NCBI GenBank assembly: GCA_048887225.1 | Contig: JBHLJY010000011.1 | Span: 1 to 64,000, forward strand | DNA from: Candidatus Hodarchaeota archaeon | GTDB lineage: Archaea; Asgardarchaeota; Lokiarchaeia; Sigyniarchaeales; SOKP01 | DNA: 64,000 nucleotides | Reading direction: 5' to 3' | Shown here: positions 51,400 to 61,818 of the stretch, piece by piece | Layout of the letters: the number at the start of each line of letters is the position of its first letter | How positions within the stretch are numbered: position 1 is the stretch's first letter | Notes under the pieces: generated by a model | What the model saw: the letters and a program-made list of their open reading frames with translations, nothing else | What the model was told of the DNA's origin: nothing | Databases searched by the model: none | Made by a program: the position numbers and the translations under genes

Positions 51400-52659
51400 T
51401 TATTTTTTTGAAGAATCTTTTTTTTCTCCCGAAGATGATAATTCTTCCAGGAACCTATTTATTTTTGCAATTCGTGTTTTTTGTGGTTCTCTATCTTTAA
51501 CATCTCTAAAGATTTCAGCCAGCCTTGGACTATATTTATTTGCAATAACTGGTTCGACCTCTTTAGGCAATAACTTTCGTAAATATTCCGGAAAAGAGGT
51601 GGTTATCTGTATATTTGTCTTTAAAACAATATATCTCTCATCCTCGAATTTCAATTCTTCAATAATATCAACCTCCTCTAAATAATCAATTATTTCAATT
51701 AAAGAATCGAGAGTTTTTTTTGAAACTATTTTTGATAACTGATCTCTACGGATCAAGCCATCTCTTAATTCTGAAAGAATATTGTATTTTTTACTATCTG
51801 AAATTATTTGAAAGAGAGTAAAAGCGTCTTCTTTAAGCTCCGCTCTGCTTTTATTTTCAAAACTACTAAAAAAATCTTGAACTTTTGGAAGTAATAAATC
51901 AATTAGTTCAGGGGTTTCATCGATGTATTCAATTACACTATCAGGAGGTATTCTCTCAGCATTTACCTCTTTTAATAAAAGCACGTACTTTTCTACTAAA
52001 CCGATTTGATTTATAAATATAAATTGTTTTTCAATTAAAGTGTCGACCATCTCATTAAAATCTATTTCTGGATAATTTTCAATAAACCATTCTTCTAAAT
52101 CTTCTAAAGTGATTGGTCCTTTTGATAATTTTTCTAGCGTCAAAAATATATGTTTTTTATTTAATAAATACGCAATTTTCTCTTCCTCCGTCCTCTCGCG
52201 AGTTTCTTCCACTGTTGCCCAATATAATTCTTTAACCAATAGCTTTATTAAAGAATCATTCTTGATAATGCTCCCTCTATCAGTTTCATCAAAATTGTTT
52301 AGGTCGTTTATATAAAAAGCCGTAAAAATTTCATCGTTTGCTTGTAATCTTTTGGAAAAATCCTTAGATAACGTTGATACAATTTGTTCCATCTCGGGGG
52401 AGCTTTGTTGATCAAATATTATCGAGATCATTAGCATTTCTTTATTACCGCGAGCCCAATCTGAGTGTATTTCGAAATAATAATTCATACTATTTAAATT
52501 TTCAAAAGAATGAGTAAAAAAACCTTCATTAAATGTCTGGTCCATTATATTTGCTATTCGAACGCTTAATTCTTCATCTAATACTCCTTCAGGATACGAA
52601 TAGAACACGAGAGGTCCTATTTTACGATGAAAATAGCTTAAAGAAACAATAGTAGTCAA
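51400..52659 (-). CDS. uDENN/longin (NPRL2-like) domain protein with probable C-terminal winged helices
   Basis: N-terminal SYFHRKIGPLVFYSYP matches the FxxxxGPxxxxxxP uDENN/longin start. Confidence 0.65.
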   Translation of the reverse strand: MTTIVSLSYFHRKIGPLVFYSYPEGVLDEELSVRIANIMDQTFNEGFFTHSFENLNSMNYYFEIHSDWARGNKEMLMISIIFDQQSSPEMEQIVSTLSKDFSKRLQANDEIFTAFYINDLNNFDETDRGSIIKNDSLIKLLVKELYWATVEETRERTEEEKIAYLLNKKHIFLTLEKLSKGPITLEDLEEWFIENYPEIDFNEMVDTLIEKQFIFINQIGLVEKYVLLLKEVNAERIPPDSVIEYIDETPELIDLLLPKVQDFFSSFENKSRAELKEDAFTLFQIISDSKKYNILSELRDGLIRRDQLSKIVSKKTLDSLIEIIDYLEEVDIIEELKFEDERYIVLKTNIQITTSFPEYLRKLLPKEVEPVIANKYSPRLAEIFRDVKDREPQKTRIAKINRFLEELSSSGEKKDSSKK

Positions 52660-52864
52660 TTAATGATTCTCCTTAAATTTTTACTTATAACTGATTAAAA
52701 TCTTTTTAAGATGTATATGGTTATTCTAAATTAATATTGAAGATTATATGTTTTTACAAATAAATAAATTTATCTTATCAAAATGTCTATTAACGTTTGT
52801 AATTATACCAATCAAATTGCATTATTTATTTAATTTCTTTTTAAAAACCAATTTTCTTATAAAA

Positions 52865-53635
52865 ATGAGCCATAAAATAAAACTAGTAGGATTTGATTTG
52901 GATGACTGTCTTTTTGATTCTACTGGCTTATCTGAAAGAGCTAGAATTAAAGGTATAGAGTCTATGATTAAATTAGGATTGAAGATTGACCAAGGAAAAG
53001 CAATAAAAATTATTCAAGAAATTGTGAAGGAATACGGTTCAAATAGCTCAAAACATTATAATTATTTCATTCGAAGATATAATCGACTTGAAGATGTAGG
53101 AGAACCAATCTCATACTCTAATCAATTTAAATTTATATCTGCTGCGGTAATGGCTTATCACGCTGAAAAAATTAATTCTATTAAATTGTATGATGATGTA
53201 GAACCATGTTTAAAAAAGCTACGAGATCTATCTATTAAAACAGCAATTATAACTGATGGTCGGCCACTTAAACAATATGAAAAAATTTTAAGATTGGGAA
53301 TAGATAATTTAATAGATCTAACCGTAATTTCGGATGAGATTGGAATAAGAAAGCCTAATCCCAAACTTTTTGATCATTGTTTAAAAAAATTTGGAGTAAA
53401 AGGACCAGAATGTATCTATGTTGGCGATCGAATTGATAAGGATATTATTCCTGCGTTATTAAACAATATTCATAGTGTGTATATTCATCGAGGAGGAAAG
53501 TACGACTCATATAAAACTGGTGTTAAAATTCCTCAAGAAACTAAACCCGATTATGAAATTTCAAATTTAGATGAACTTTTTGTTATAATAGATGAAATCA
53601 ATAAAAAATTACTCCTTAATGACAAATTAGAATGA
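52865..53635 (+). CDS. HAD-superfamily hydrolase
   Basis: FDLDDCL, ITDG, KPNP, VGDRIDKDI; start placed at MSHKIK (ORF track begins 52748). Confidence 0.9.
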   Translation: MSHKIKLVGFDLDDCLFDSTGLSERARIKGIESMIKLGLKIDQGKAIKIIQEIVKEYGSNSSKHYNYFIRRYNRLEDVGEPISYSNQFKFISAAVMAYHAEKINSIKLYDDVEPCLKKLRDLSIKTAIITDGRPLKQYEKILRLGIDNLIDLTVISDEIGIRKPNPKLFDHCLKKFGVKGPECIYVGDRIDKDIIPALLNNIHSVYIHRGGKYDSYKTGVKIPQETKPDYEISNLDELFVIIDEINKKLLLNDKLE

Positions 53636-54450
53636 AAATTGCTTGTATCCAACCAAAAATCCATCAAAATATAAATAATTGCTATTCTGAGATAGAAAAT
53701 TTATTAAAGAGATTAATAGATATAGTCTCCAAAATTGATATTATATGTTTACCAGAAAGATGGATTCCTCTTTTAAATGATGTTTCTCAAAATATTCAAA
53801 AAGAAAGAGGTGAAAGTTATGAATTTGTTAAAAATTTAGCAGGTGAGTATCAAACAAATATTATTTCAGGAGGTATTTGGGAGAAAAGAAAAAATTCAAG
53901 AAAACCATATATTAGTTCTTATTTCTTTAACGAAGATGGTGAAGAGATTGGTCGACAAGATAAAATTCATCTCTATAGCTACGAGAAAGAACAATTCGAA
54001 CCGGGAAATGAACTCAATTTATTTGTTTTAAATGACTTTTTTTTTGCAATATTAATTTGTTTTGATATGGCTTTTTTTGAAACTCCTCGACTTGCTGTCG
54101 AGCATGGCGCTGATGTTTTATTTTCACCTACTCAAATAAGGGAAGAAGGAATGTATAACTGGAATGTATATTTACAGGCCCGTGCCCTCGAAAATAGGAT
54201 TCCTGTTGTAGCTTGTAATTCTGTTGGAAATTTATTTAAAAGAAAATTTCTTGGAAATAGTAAAATTATTTCATTTGTTAAAGATTTCATCTCTCCATCA
54301 AAATTAAAAGTAGTGGAAGGCCCAAAGGATAGTGGTTTTGTTTTTGACGATATAGATTTAATCTATCCAAGAAAACTAAGAAAAATCCGCTTAAATGAAA
54401 GAATAGAAAAAAATAAAATTAATGTTAAAGTACATAATAAAAAAAATTAG
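53632..54450 (+). CDS. Carbon-nitrogen hydrolase (nitrilase family)
   Basis: CLPE, KIHL, LICFD catalytic triad, ARALEN. Confidence 0.9.
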   Translation: MKIACIQPKIHQNINNCYSEIENLLKRLIDIVSKIDIICLPERWIPLLNDVSQNIQKERGESYEFVKNLAGEYQTNIISGGIWEKRKNSRKPYISSYFFNEDGEEIGRQDKIHLYSYEKEQFEPGNELNLFVLNDFFFAILICFDMAFFETPRLAVEHGADVLFSPTQIREEGMYNWNVYLQARALENRIPVVACNSVGNLFKRKFLGNSKIISFVKDFISPSKLKVVEGPKDSGFVFDDIDLIYPRKLRKIRLNERIEKNKINVKVHNKKN

Positions 54451-54643
54451 AAATAGAAGCAGAACAGTTATTTTTGCAGATTTTATTTTTGAGAAAACAC
54501 AATTCCATTTTAATTTTTTTTTATAATTAGGTTAAAAATCGCTTAATTCGAAGGATTTGAAAAAATATTTTAAGTGTAAAATTACTCTTTATTTTTGATA
54601 ACATACTAAATATATAATTAAGTTTCAGAGAAAAAGAAATTTT

Positions 54644-57004
54644 TTAACTTAAAGGTTGGAATACCTTTTTCTTAACTAGTTTAAGGATTATTTCTGCTTT
54701 TTTAGCATTAAATTCCCTTTCAGGCATTAAAGATGCGACGTAGAAATGATTAGTATTCTTTTGTTTCATAATATCTAATACTTCTTTTACAAGGATTCTT
54801 TCTTGAATATCAAGTTTAATATCTTCCGACCTAACTGCTTTTAAAGGGTAGACTAAAGATGTGTTTAAATGATCTTCGATTAAATCCCTTATACCTTCAA
54901 ATTGAGTTATTTCACCGTCAAAATCTCCAAGCGATTTACCGTAATATCTATCAATATCATAAGATAATGGGTTAAGTGCATTATAAAAGTCGCTTGATGG
55001 ATTTTCTTTCATAATATTAATTATCCTGAAATTTTTAAATTCTGACATTAAAATCTTCATATTCTGATATTCTAATTTTATCGTTTGAGAATATTCATCG
55101 GAGCCTGAAAGCTCTAATCCAAAGTTGCGAATTGCTTCTAAAAATCCTGAGACTAATGTCACCTCAACTTTTTTGCCTGCTAGAACTTGTTCATATACAT
55201 TTATTCCAGATTTTTTTTCAGCAATAATAATATAATCAAGATTTAAAACATCATTATATTTGTTAAAAATTCTCTGTCTATATTCCGCTTTACTCCTCTT
55301 AATCTTCCTAACCACTTGATAGGAAGTTAGACCAGCAATTGAACTTAGTATTATAATAAGAACTATTACAAATATTAATTGTGGATCAATACCAGTAACA
55401 ACAGTATCACTATCATCATTATCATTATCTGAAGATTTAATAATTATAATCTCTTGAGTTTGAATTCCAGTGTCAGTTTCATTATTCCAGCAAACATAGG
55501 CAATCCATGTACCTGTATGCGGATTTGATGAAATCATATACGAGAAAATATTTTGATATGGAGGTGTTTCTGCTGTATCATTATATTCTTCATAACCTAA
55601 TGCATCGATTAAGACGTATGTAAGATTGCCGGTCAAACCAGGAGTGTTAACAGTAAATATTAAATTTTGGTTTGCTTCAAAGGTAGTCTTAGGAACTTCT
55701 AAAGTAAAACCTACATTTGGAGAATTAGCAGTAATTTTCCATATAGAATTTAGTGAAATACAATTGTTAAGTATATATAATGTATTTCCAATATCCTTGA
55801 TATCAGGATCTGATGTAATATTTACATTATCTCTCCATACTGTCAGATTATACCAACTTTTTGGATATCCAAATTTAACAGAATTATTAATAAAATGTGC
55901 TTTAATGTCAGGAGTTAGAGTCCATGAATTATTTAAGTTTTCTTTAATTAAGACAAATCCATCCGAAGACATGAAATTTCTCAAGTAAATATGATAGCTT
56001 AGGTTTACTAATAATTCGATGGATTGGTTGTGTTTTATTGGTATATGCAAAATTTCATTATTTGGAGAAAAATCAAGATCTTGTATGCTCACATTTCCTG
56101 TGTAAGGCTTTAATCCATTGCTAACTGTATAATTGTTACTGTCAATTTCCACAGCCATATTTATCTCTACTGGATTATAGGACTTATTTACTCTTTGAAC
56201 TAATTTATATAGATGAGTTTTTTCAATCCCCTCGTCAGACCATGATGAGCCATCATGTTGTGCTATACGTAAATTTGGATTTAACCATCCATGAGCACTC
56301 TTTTCATTGTTCCACCAATAATAAACTGTATTATCAAATTCAGTTAAAGCTGATCCATTAATTACTAATGAATAATATCCTTTTGAAAGATTTACTGGAT
56401 TCGAAAATGTTTGAAGATGCCACATTTCAGTTGTATTCATATTTATTATTTCAGATGCATACACAGTTTCATTTGGAATATTGTCAGGAATTTCATCATA
56501 ACCTCTTAATTGGAATAGAACTTTATTGGTTGGATCATTTTCTCTATTGCCATAAATATACGCCCCAAAAATAGTTATTGGTTCTGTAATATTAACTTGT
56601 ACGCTTAGAGCTTTTTGCTCGTCCCAGCCTACTAATTTTCTACGGTCCGGGTAATCTTCAATTGTTATTATTTGCCGACCTAATTTCACACTAGTAAAAT
56701 TCAACTCTATATCTGTAATATTCCAAGTAGATGATGGTAGATTTATGTTAAACGAACCAACATTCTTTTGAATGCCAATATCATCTGAAGATTCTAACAT
56801 TTGAAAGCTTGATGATATATTTAAAGATTCATCAATATATTGAGGAGCAGAAAGCTTAAGTGCTTGGTCTTTAAAACGAGATTGAGAAGGAGAATTAATT
56901 GTATTTTGAGATTGAATTGGGGAAAAAATAAATGAATTTAATAACACCAAAAGGAAACTTGATAAAATTAATATACATGTTATATAAATTCCTTTTTTTC
57001 TCAC
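54644..57004 (-). CDS. Single-pass membrane protein: large extracellular beta-rich region, TM, cytoplasmic longin-like domain
   Basis: Signal sequence, many NxS/T sites, TM LIFVIVLIIILSSIAGL, then IIIAEKKSGINVY...LVSGFLEAIRNFG. Confidence 0.75.
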   Translation of the reverse strand: MRKKGIYITCILILSSFLLVLLNSFIFSPIQSQNTINSPSQSRFKDQALKLSAPQYIDESLNISSSFQMLESSDDIGIQKNVGSFNINLPSSTWNITDIELNFTSVKLGRQIITIEDYPDRRKLVGWDEQKALSVQVNITEPITIFGAYIYGNRENDPTNKVLFQLRGYDEIPDNIPNETVYASEIINMNTTEMWHLQTFSNPVNLSKGYYSLVINGSALTEFDNTVYYWWNNEKSAHGWLNPNLRIAQHDGSSWSDEGIEKTHLYKLVQRVNKSYNPVEINMAVEIDSNNYTVSNGLKPYTGNVSIQDLDFSPNNEILHIPIKHNQSIELLVNLSYHIYLRNFMSSDGFVLIKENLNNSWTLTPDIKAHFINNSVKFGYPKSWYNLTVWRDNVNITSDPDIKDIGNTLYILNNCISLNSIWKITANSPNVGFTLEVPKTTFEANQNLIFTVNTPGLTGNLTYVLIDALGYEEYNDTAETPPYQNIFSYMISSNPHTGTWIAYVCWNNETDTGIQTQEIIIIKSSDNDNDDSDTVVTGIDPQLIFVIVLIIILSSIAGLTSYQVVRKIKRSKAEYRQRIFNKYNDVLNLDYIIIAEKKSGINVYEQVLAGKKVEVTLVSGFLEAIRNFGLELSGSDEYSQTIKLEYQNMKILMSEFKNFRIINIMKENPSSDFYNALNPLSYDIDRYYGKSLGDFDGEITQFEGIRDLIEDHLNTSLVYPLKAVRSEDIKLDIQERILVKEVLDIMKQKNTNHFYVASLMPEREFNAKKAEIILKLVKKKVFQPLS

Positions 57005-57342
57005 TTTTTACCTCAAATCCCCTTACGTATTTATTTATATATTTAATAATATATTATCTACAAAATAGTAATTTTAATTCGGGTTTTTAAAATTTTAGCC
57101 TTCTTTATATTCAATAATTTTATAAAAAATGGTGTCTTATAAGTCTATAACAAATAATAATTGAAAGCTTATACACATTAAATTAATTAATTGCTCTGAA
57201 TTATTATATTTATTATTCGGTTAAAATTATTAAAAAATAGCTTAAAAACTCGATTTTCAAATAAAAAATATTTGAAAAAATAATGAATACATGTTAGATT
57301 TTTATTTTTGATAATGAATATAGTGGATAGGGAGAATTAAAT

Positions 57343-60300
57343 TTGACTTATATTAAAAAAATTAGCATGTCAGGTTTCAAATCCTTTGGAGATCGAACGG
57401 TAACAGTTAAGCTTTCAAGCGGCTTTACTTGTATTGTTGGGCCTAATGGTGCTGGAAAGTCTAATATCATTGATGCGTTATGCTTTGCATTAGGAAGATT
57501 AAGCAAGAAGACAATGAGAGCAAAATCCCTAGAAGATCTTATTTTTGCGGGTTCAAAAGGTAAAAATCCTGCTAATAGGGCTATGGTTACTTTGCACTTT
57601 GATAACTCTGAAAGCGTATTTCCGGGTGGCGCAAACGGAGATTTTACTATTAGTCGAACTATAAAGAGAGGCGGGGGGGGTGGTTATAAAATGAATGGTA
57701 AAAAAGCCACTCGACAACAAATTCTTAATGCCCTAGCTACAGCTAATATAGATCCTGATGGAACTAACCAATTTGTCCTTCAAGGTAAGATAGTCGAATT
57801 AACTCATATGAACTCTGAGGATCGCAGAAGATTTATTGAAGAACTTATTGGGCTTCAAAAATACGATGAAATGAAAGATGCAACACTAAAGGAACTTGAA
57901 AAAGCAGAGCGAGATCTTGGCCAATTTGAGGCAATCTTCAATGAAGTATCTGCTCAATTAAGAAAAGTTGAAAAGGAAAAAAATGACGCGCTTGCATGGC
58001 GTGAACTAGATGATCAAATAAGTCATTATAACGCTCAATTAATCTCTTTGAAAATTTCAAAATTACAAAAAGAAGAAGAAGAATTAGATAAAAAAATCGA
58101 AGAATCTGGTAAAGTCATTGAAGAATTACAAGAAAAAATAGTTAGACAAGAGGATATTCTGAAACAAGAAACCCTCGTTATGGAAAATATCCAAAAAACT
58201 ATAACTGAAAAAGAAAAAGAAAGAGAAGAAATAAACGAAGGTATTACGCAATTAAAGACGCAGTTATCTTCTAATCAAACTACTTTAGATTTAGCTGAAA
58301 AATCAATTGAAAAATTAAGACTAGAAAAGGAAAATTTAGAAAACTTACTAATGACTCTTGAAGAGGGTCAGAATTTTGATTCTCAAATTAAAATTGTAAC
58401 TATAGAAATCTCTGAAAAAGAAGCACAAATAGAAAATGCAAAACAAGATATTGAAAAAAGGCAGCAAAACCAAGCTGAACTAGATATTAAAATTAATAAT
58501 AGTGAAGATGAAAAATCTAATTTTAAATTAGAAATTTCGAAAGTTAAACAACAAATCTCATCAAACAAGGCACAAATTAAACTTCTTCGAGAAAATATAA
58601 AAAAAAATAAAGATAAGAAAAAGAATTTAGAGGCAGAATTAAATAGATTAAAGGGAGAGGCTGAGAGTGTAGAAGATGCTGTTGAAGCGACAAGAAAAAT
58701 TGAAAGCGAGATTAGAAAAAGAATTGAAGACTTAAAAAATAAAATTTCTGAAGAAAATAAGAGACAAATGAATTTAGAAAACTCAGTTAGTTCTACACTA
58801 AAAGTGAAAAGTGATTTAAATTCAAAATTATCTGGTTTACAAGCAACATTATCGTCTCTTAATACAGAAATTAAAATGAAAAAAGAGACTATTGCGGAGT
58901 TGAATACGAAAAAAGCAGACATTGGAAAAAAAATTAAAGAATTAAGTAAAGGTAAAGAAACGGAAGAAATTATAAAAGAACTCATAAAAGAAAAAGAAAA
59001 TAATATTAAAAAAATTACTAACTTAAAGGCTAAATCCAAAAACGAGGATTCAATTTATCGCGAGAACGAACAAAATTTTGAATTATTAAAATTGAAACAA
59101 AACTCTATTGAAACTGAAATTATTGATAATAAAGGAAAAATTTCAAACATCAATACCGAACTAAAAATATTTAAAAAAGAATTAATGAACTTAGAGCGTG
59201 AAAAACGAAATTTAGACTTAATTATTAATGATTTGAACGCTAATATCTCAAAAACAGGAAAAGAAATAAAAAACTTCAATATAAAAAAAGAAAATATCCA
59301 AAGACGGCTAAATGAACTCTCTAAAGAGAAGGAAACTTTATTGAACAGGATTGAAAATACAGAAGAAGAATATGAGAAAAATAAAGAGGATATCACAGGA
59401 ATTCTACAAATCCTAAATATGCTTACTCAAAATATCGATGTGTCTGTAGAATCTATTAAGGGCTCTATACAACAATCAAATACCGAAGCGATTAATACAT
59501 CTGCGGAAGATTTTAGAAAATTCGTATTAGACATTGTTGATATAATGAAAACTCTAGAGAGCGTAGGTGGTGACGCAGATGAAATATCTGAAATGACAGA
59601 TATGCTTAATTCTATAGTTCAAACATTAGGGATTTTTACTGAAAATGCTGATGCTACAATTGAACAACTTATTAATAAAGTAAAGGACTCAGCTGATATT
59701 GCAGTACAAAGTTCTACATCAGATTTTGATAGTTTTGTTCAAGACTTAACATATATCCTTGAAAATGTACATTTGTCTTTAAGAAAATTAACTTTATCTA
59801 AAAGTCAAGAGCTTTATAAACAGTTAGAAGAAATTTCAAATAATATCAAATCTCAAGATGATGACTTAAATGATATTGAGAGAAAACTAACAATAGTGAG
59901 TAGTCAAAATAAACATGATTCAGAAAAACTCTCAGCATCAAAACGAAGGCTTGAGGAAGTTCACAAAAGAATGAAAGATTTAAACTTAAAAGAAGAAAAA
60001 TATAAGAAAGAAATAGAGGAAAGGAATAAGAAAATAAAAGAAAGACAAAGTAATTATGATGATTTAAATAATGAAATAAATAAATTAAAGGAAATAAAAG
60101 ATAGATACTGGGATAATATTTCTGAAATTCAAAATGAGAGTGATAGAATCCAAATTGAATTAAACAATAATCAAGAAAAACTTCAAGAACTAGAAGGAAT
60201 TCAAACTTTATTTGAAAATATAGCAGATATTGACAATATAATGCTTGAATTGAATAATACTATAGAAGAAAAGAAAAAACTAATAATCGATACTGGAACG

Positions 60301-61800
60301 AAAATTAATAAGGTACAACAAGAAGCAGAATCTTTACAGAAAAAGATAGAAACTTTAACCAGCGACAAAGAGAAATTTTGGGAAACAACTGAGGATATAC
60401 AGATCAAAATAGATGAAGAAAATAAAAAATTAGAAGAAACAATAGATGTTCTAAGAGGTCTCGATAATATAATGAGAATTATCCATTCAATTGAAGAATT
60501 AAAAAAAGAAAACGTAGAAGCAAATAAAAACATTGAACTAAGCAAAAAAAAGATGGATAACTATAATTCTGAAGTTGATAAAATCCAAAAAAATGTTGAA
60601 GATAAACAAAGAGTAATAGATACATTAAGAGATGAAAAGGCTGCAGAATTAGAAGAGCAAAAGAAAGCTCAAAATAAATTAAATAAGTTAAATAAAAATT
60701 TACAGAAAACTCAAGCTAAATTAAATGAATTATATAAAAATAAAGAAAGAGAACAACAAATAATCAAAATTGGAGAGAATATCAAAGAGACAGAAAAACA
60801 AACAGAAGTTTTAGTAAAAAAAATTGGAAAACTTGATGAAAATTTAGAAAACGAAATCAAGAAAAAAGATGCAAAACAGGCGGAAATAGATGAATTTATT
60901 AAAGAAAAAGATGAATCTTGGAAAAAGCAAAAACAATATCAAAATATAATTACTGATCTTAAGTCAGATCTTTCAATGGAGAATTCTAAAATAAACAATT
61001 TTGAATCTAAAAAATTTATTTGTATTGATCAGATTGAAACTTTATATGAGAGATCAAAAGATTATGGTACTCTACCTCCAGTAACTGATGAGATCACGGA
61101 AGAGGGCCTACAATCGGATATTGAAATTGCTACAAAAAAGAAAAAAGCACTTGAGCCCGTCAATTTAAAAGCTATTGAACAATACGATGTTGTTAAAGAA
61201 AGATTTGATGAAATAGATATGCGAAGACAAACAATTCAAAGAGAAAGAAAGGCAATTCTTGACTCAATTGATAAAATTGAATTAGAAAAAACACGTACCT
61301 TTATGAAAGCTTATCACGAAATTAATCGTGAGTTTTCACGGATTTTCCAGAAACTTTCTCCTGGTGGTTCAGCAAAAATGATTCTGGATAGACCTGATAA
61401 ACCCTTTGAAGGCGGAATTAGCATTGAGGCAAGACCAAGGGGTAAAAAGATTAGTTCCCTAGAAATTTTAAGTGGAGGTGAAAAAACATTAGTAGCATTA
61501 TCATTTATTTTTGCTGTTCAAGAATTTTATCCTGCTCCGTTTTACATTTTAGATGAGATTGATGCCGCATTAGACGGTCCAAATGTTCATCGCGTTAGTA
61601 TGGTGCTCAAAGAATTCTCAAGCCAAGCTCAATTTTTAGTGATTAGCCATCGAGAAGAAAATATTGTTAATGCAGATAGAATTTATGGAGTTTCGATGCC
61701 GCAAAGCGGAATCACTGATATATTTAGTGTCGATTTAGAAGAAGAAGCAAAAAGACTTCTTGAACTTGAAGATGTCGTGCCTGAAGTTGGAGAGGGCTAA
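57343..61800 (+). CDS. smc: Chromosome partition ATPase Smc with extended arms and non-canonical helical apex
   Basis: GFKSF, Walker A GPNGAGKSN, Q-loop VLQG, PVNLKAIEQY, LSGGEK, ILDEIDAALD, ISH; followed by scpA and scpB. Confidence 0.93.
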   Translation: MTYIKKISMSGFKSFGDRTVTVKLSSGFTCIVGPNGAGKSNIIDALCFALGRLSKKTMRAKSLEDLIFAGSKGKNPANRAMVTLHFDNSESVFPGGANGDFTISRTIKRGGGGGYKMNGKKATRQQILNALATANIDPDGTNQFVLQGKIVELTHMNSEDRRRFIEELIGLQKYDEMKDATLKELEKAERDLGQFEAIFNEVSAQLRKVEKEKNDALAWRELDDQISHYNAQLISLKISKLQKEEEELDKKIEESGKVIEELQEKIVRQEDILKQETLVMENIQKTITEKEKEREEINEGITQLKTQLSSNQTTLDLAEKSIEKLRLEKENLENLLMTLEEGQNFDSQIKIVTIEISEKEAQIENAKQDIEKRQQNQAELDIKINNSEDEKSNFKLEISKVKQQISSNKAQIKLLRENIKKNKDKKKNLEAELNRLKGEAESVEDAVEATRKIESEIRKRIEDLKNKISEENKRQMNLENSVSSTLKVKSDLNSKLSGLQATLSSLNTEIKMKKETIAELNTKKADIGKKIKELSKGKETEEIIKELIKEKENNIKKITNLKAKSKNEDSIYRENEQNFELLKLKQNSIETEIIDNKGKISNINTELKIFKKELMNLEREKRNLDLIINDLNANISKTGKEIKNFNIKKENIQRRLNELSKEKETLLNRIENTEEEYEKNKEDITGILQILNMLTQNIDVSVESIKGSIQQSNTEAINTSAEDFRKFVLDIVDIMKTLESVGGDADEISEMTDMLNSIVQTLGIFTENADATIEQLINKVKDSADIAVQSSTSDFDSFVQDLTYILENVHLSLRKLTLSKSQELYKQLEEISNNIKSQDDDLNDIERKLTIVSSQNKHDSEKLSASKRRLEEVHKRMKDLNLKEEKYKKEIEERNKKIKERQSNYDDLNNEINKLKEIKDRYWDNISEIQNESDRIQIELNNNQEKLQELEGIQTLFENIADIDNIMLELNNTIEEKKKLIIDTGTKINKVQQEAESLQKKIETLTSDKEKFWETTEDIQIKIDEENKKLEETIDVLRGLDNIMRIIHSIEELKKENVEANKNIELSKKKMDNYNSEVDKIQKNVEDKQRVIDTLRDEKAAELEEQKKAQNKLNKLNKNLQKTQAKLNELYKNKEREQQIIKIGENIKETEKQTEVLVKKIGKLDENLENEIKKKDAKQAEIDEFIKEKDESWKKQKQYQNIITDLKSDLSMENSKINNFESKKFICIDQIETLYERSKDYGTLPPVTDEITEEGLQSDIEIATKKKKALEPVNLKAIEQYDVVKERFDEIDMRRQTIQRERKAILDSIDKIELEKTRTFMKAYHEINREFSRIFQKLSPGGSAKMILDRPDKPFEGGISIEARPRGKKISSLEILSGGEKTLVALSFIFAVQEFYPAPFYILDEIDAALDGPNVHRVSMVLKEFSSQAQFLVISHREENIVNADRIYGVSMPQSGITDIFSVDLEEEAKRLLELEDVVPEVGEG
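59392..59769 (+). repeat. Two gapless 55-aa protein-level repeats flanking the Smc midpoint
   Basis: aa 684-738 versus 755-809 share 16/55 identities with no gaps. Confidence 0.8.
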
Positions 61801-61818
61801 TATTAAATCTTCAAAGAG

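Noticed and set aside
52748-52864. N-terminal extension of the HAD ORF
   Set aside because: Low-complexity promoter-like DNA; the family motif begins just after the ATG at 52865
57667-57684. G-rich run in smc as a frameshift or phase-variation site
   Set aside because: The frame is intact and encodes a Gly-rich loop (RGGGGG); no evidence of slippage
57343-61800. Interpretation as Rad50/SbcC, RecN or Wadjet JetC
   Set aside because: No CxxC hook, no adjacent Mre11 or JetD nuclease; head motifs and scpA/scpB neighbours are Smc-type
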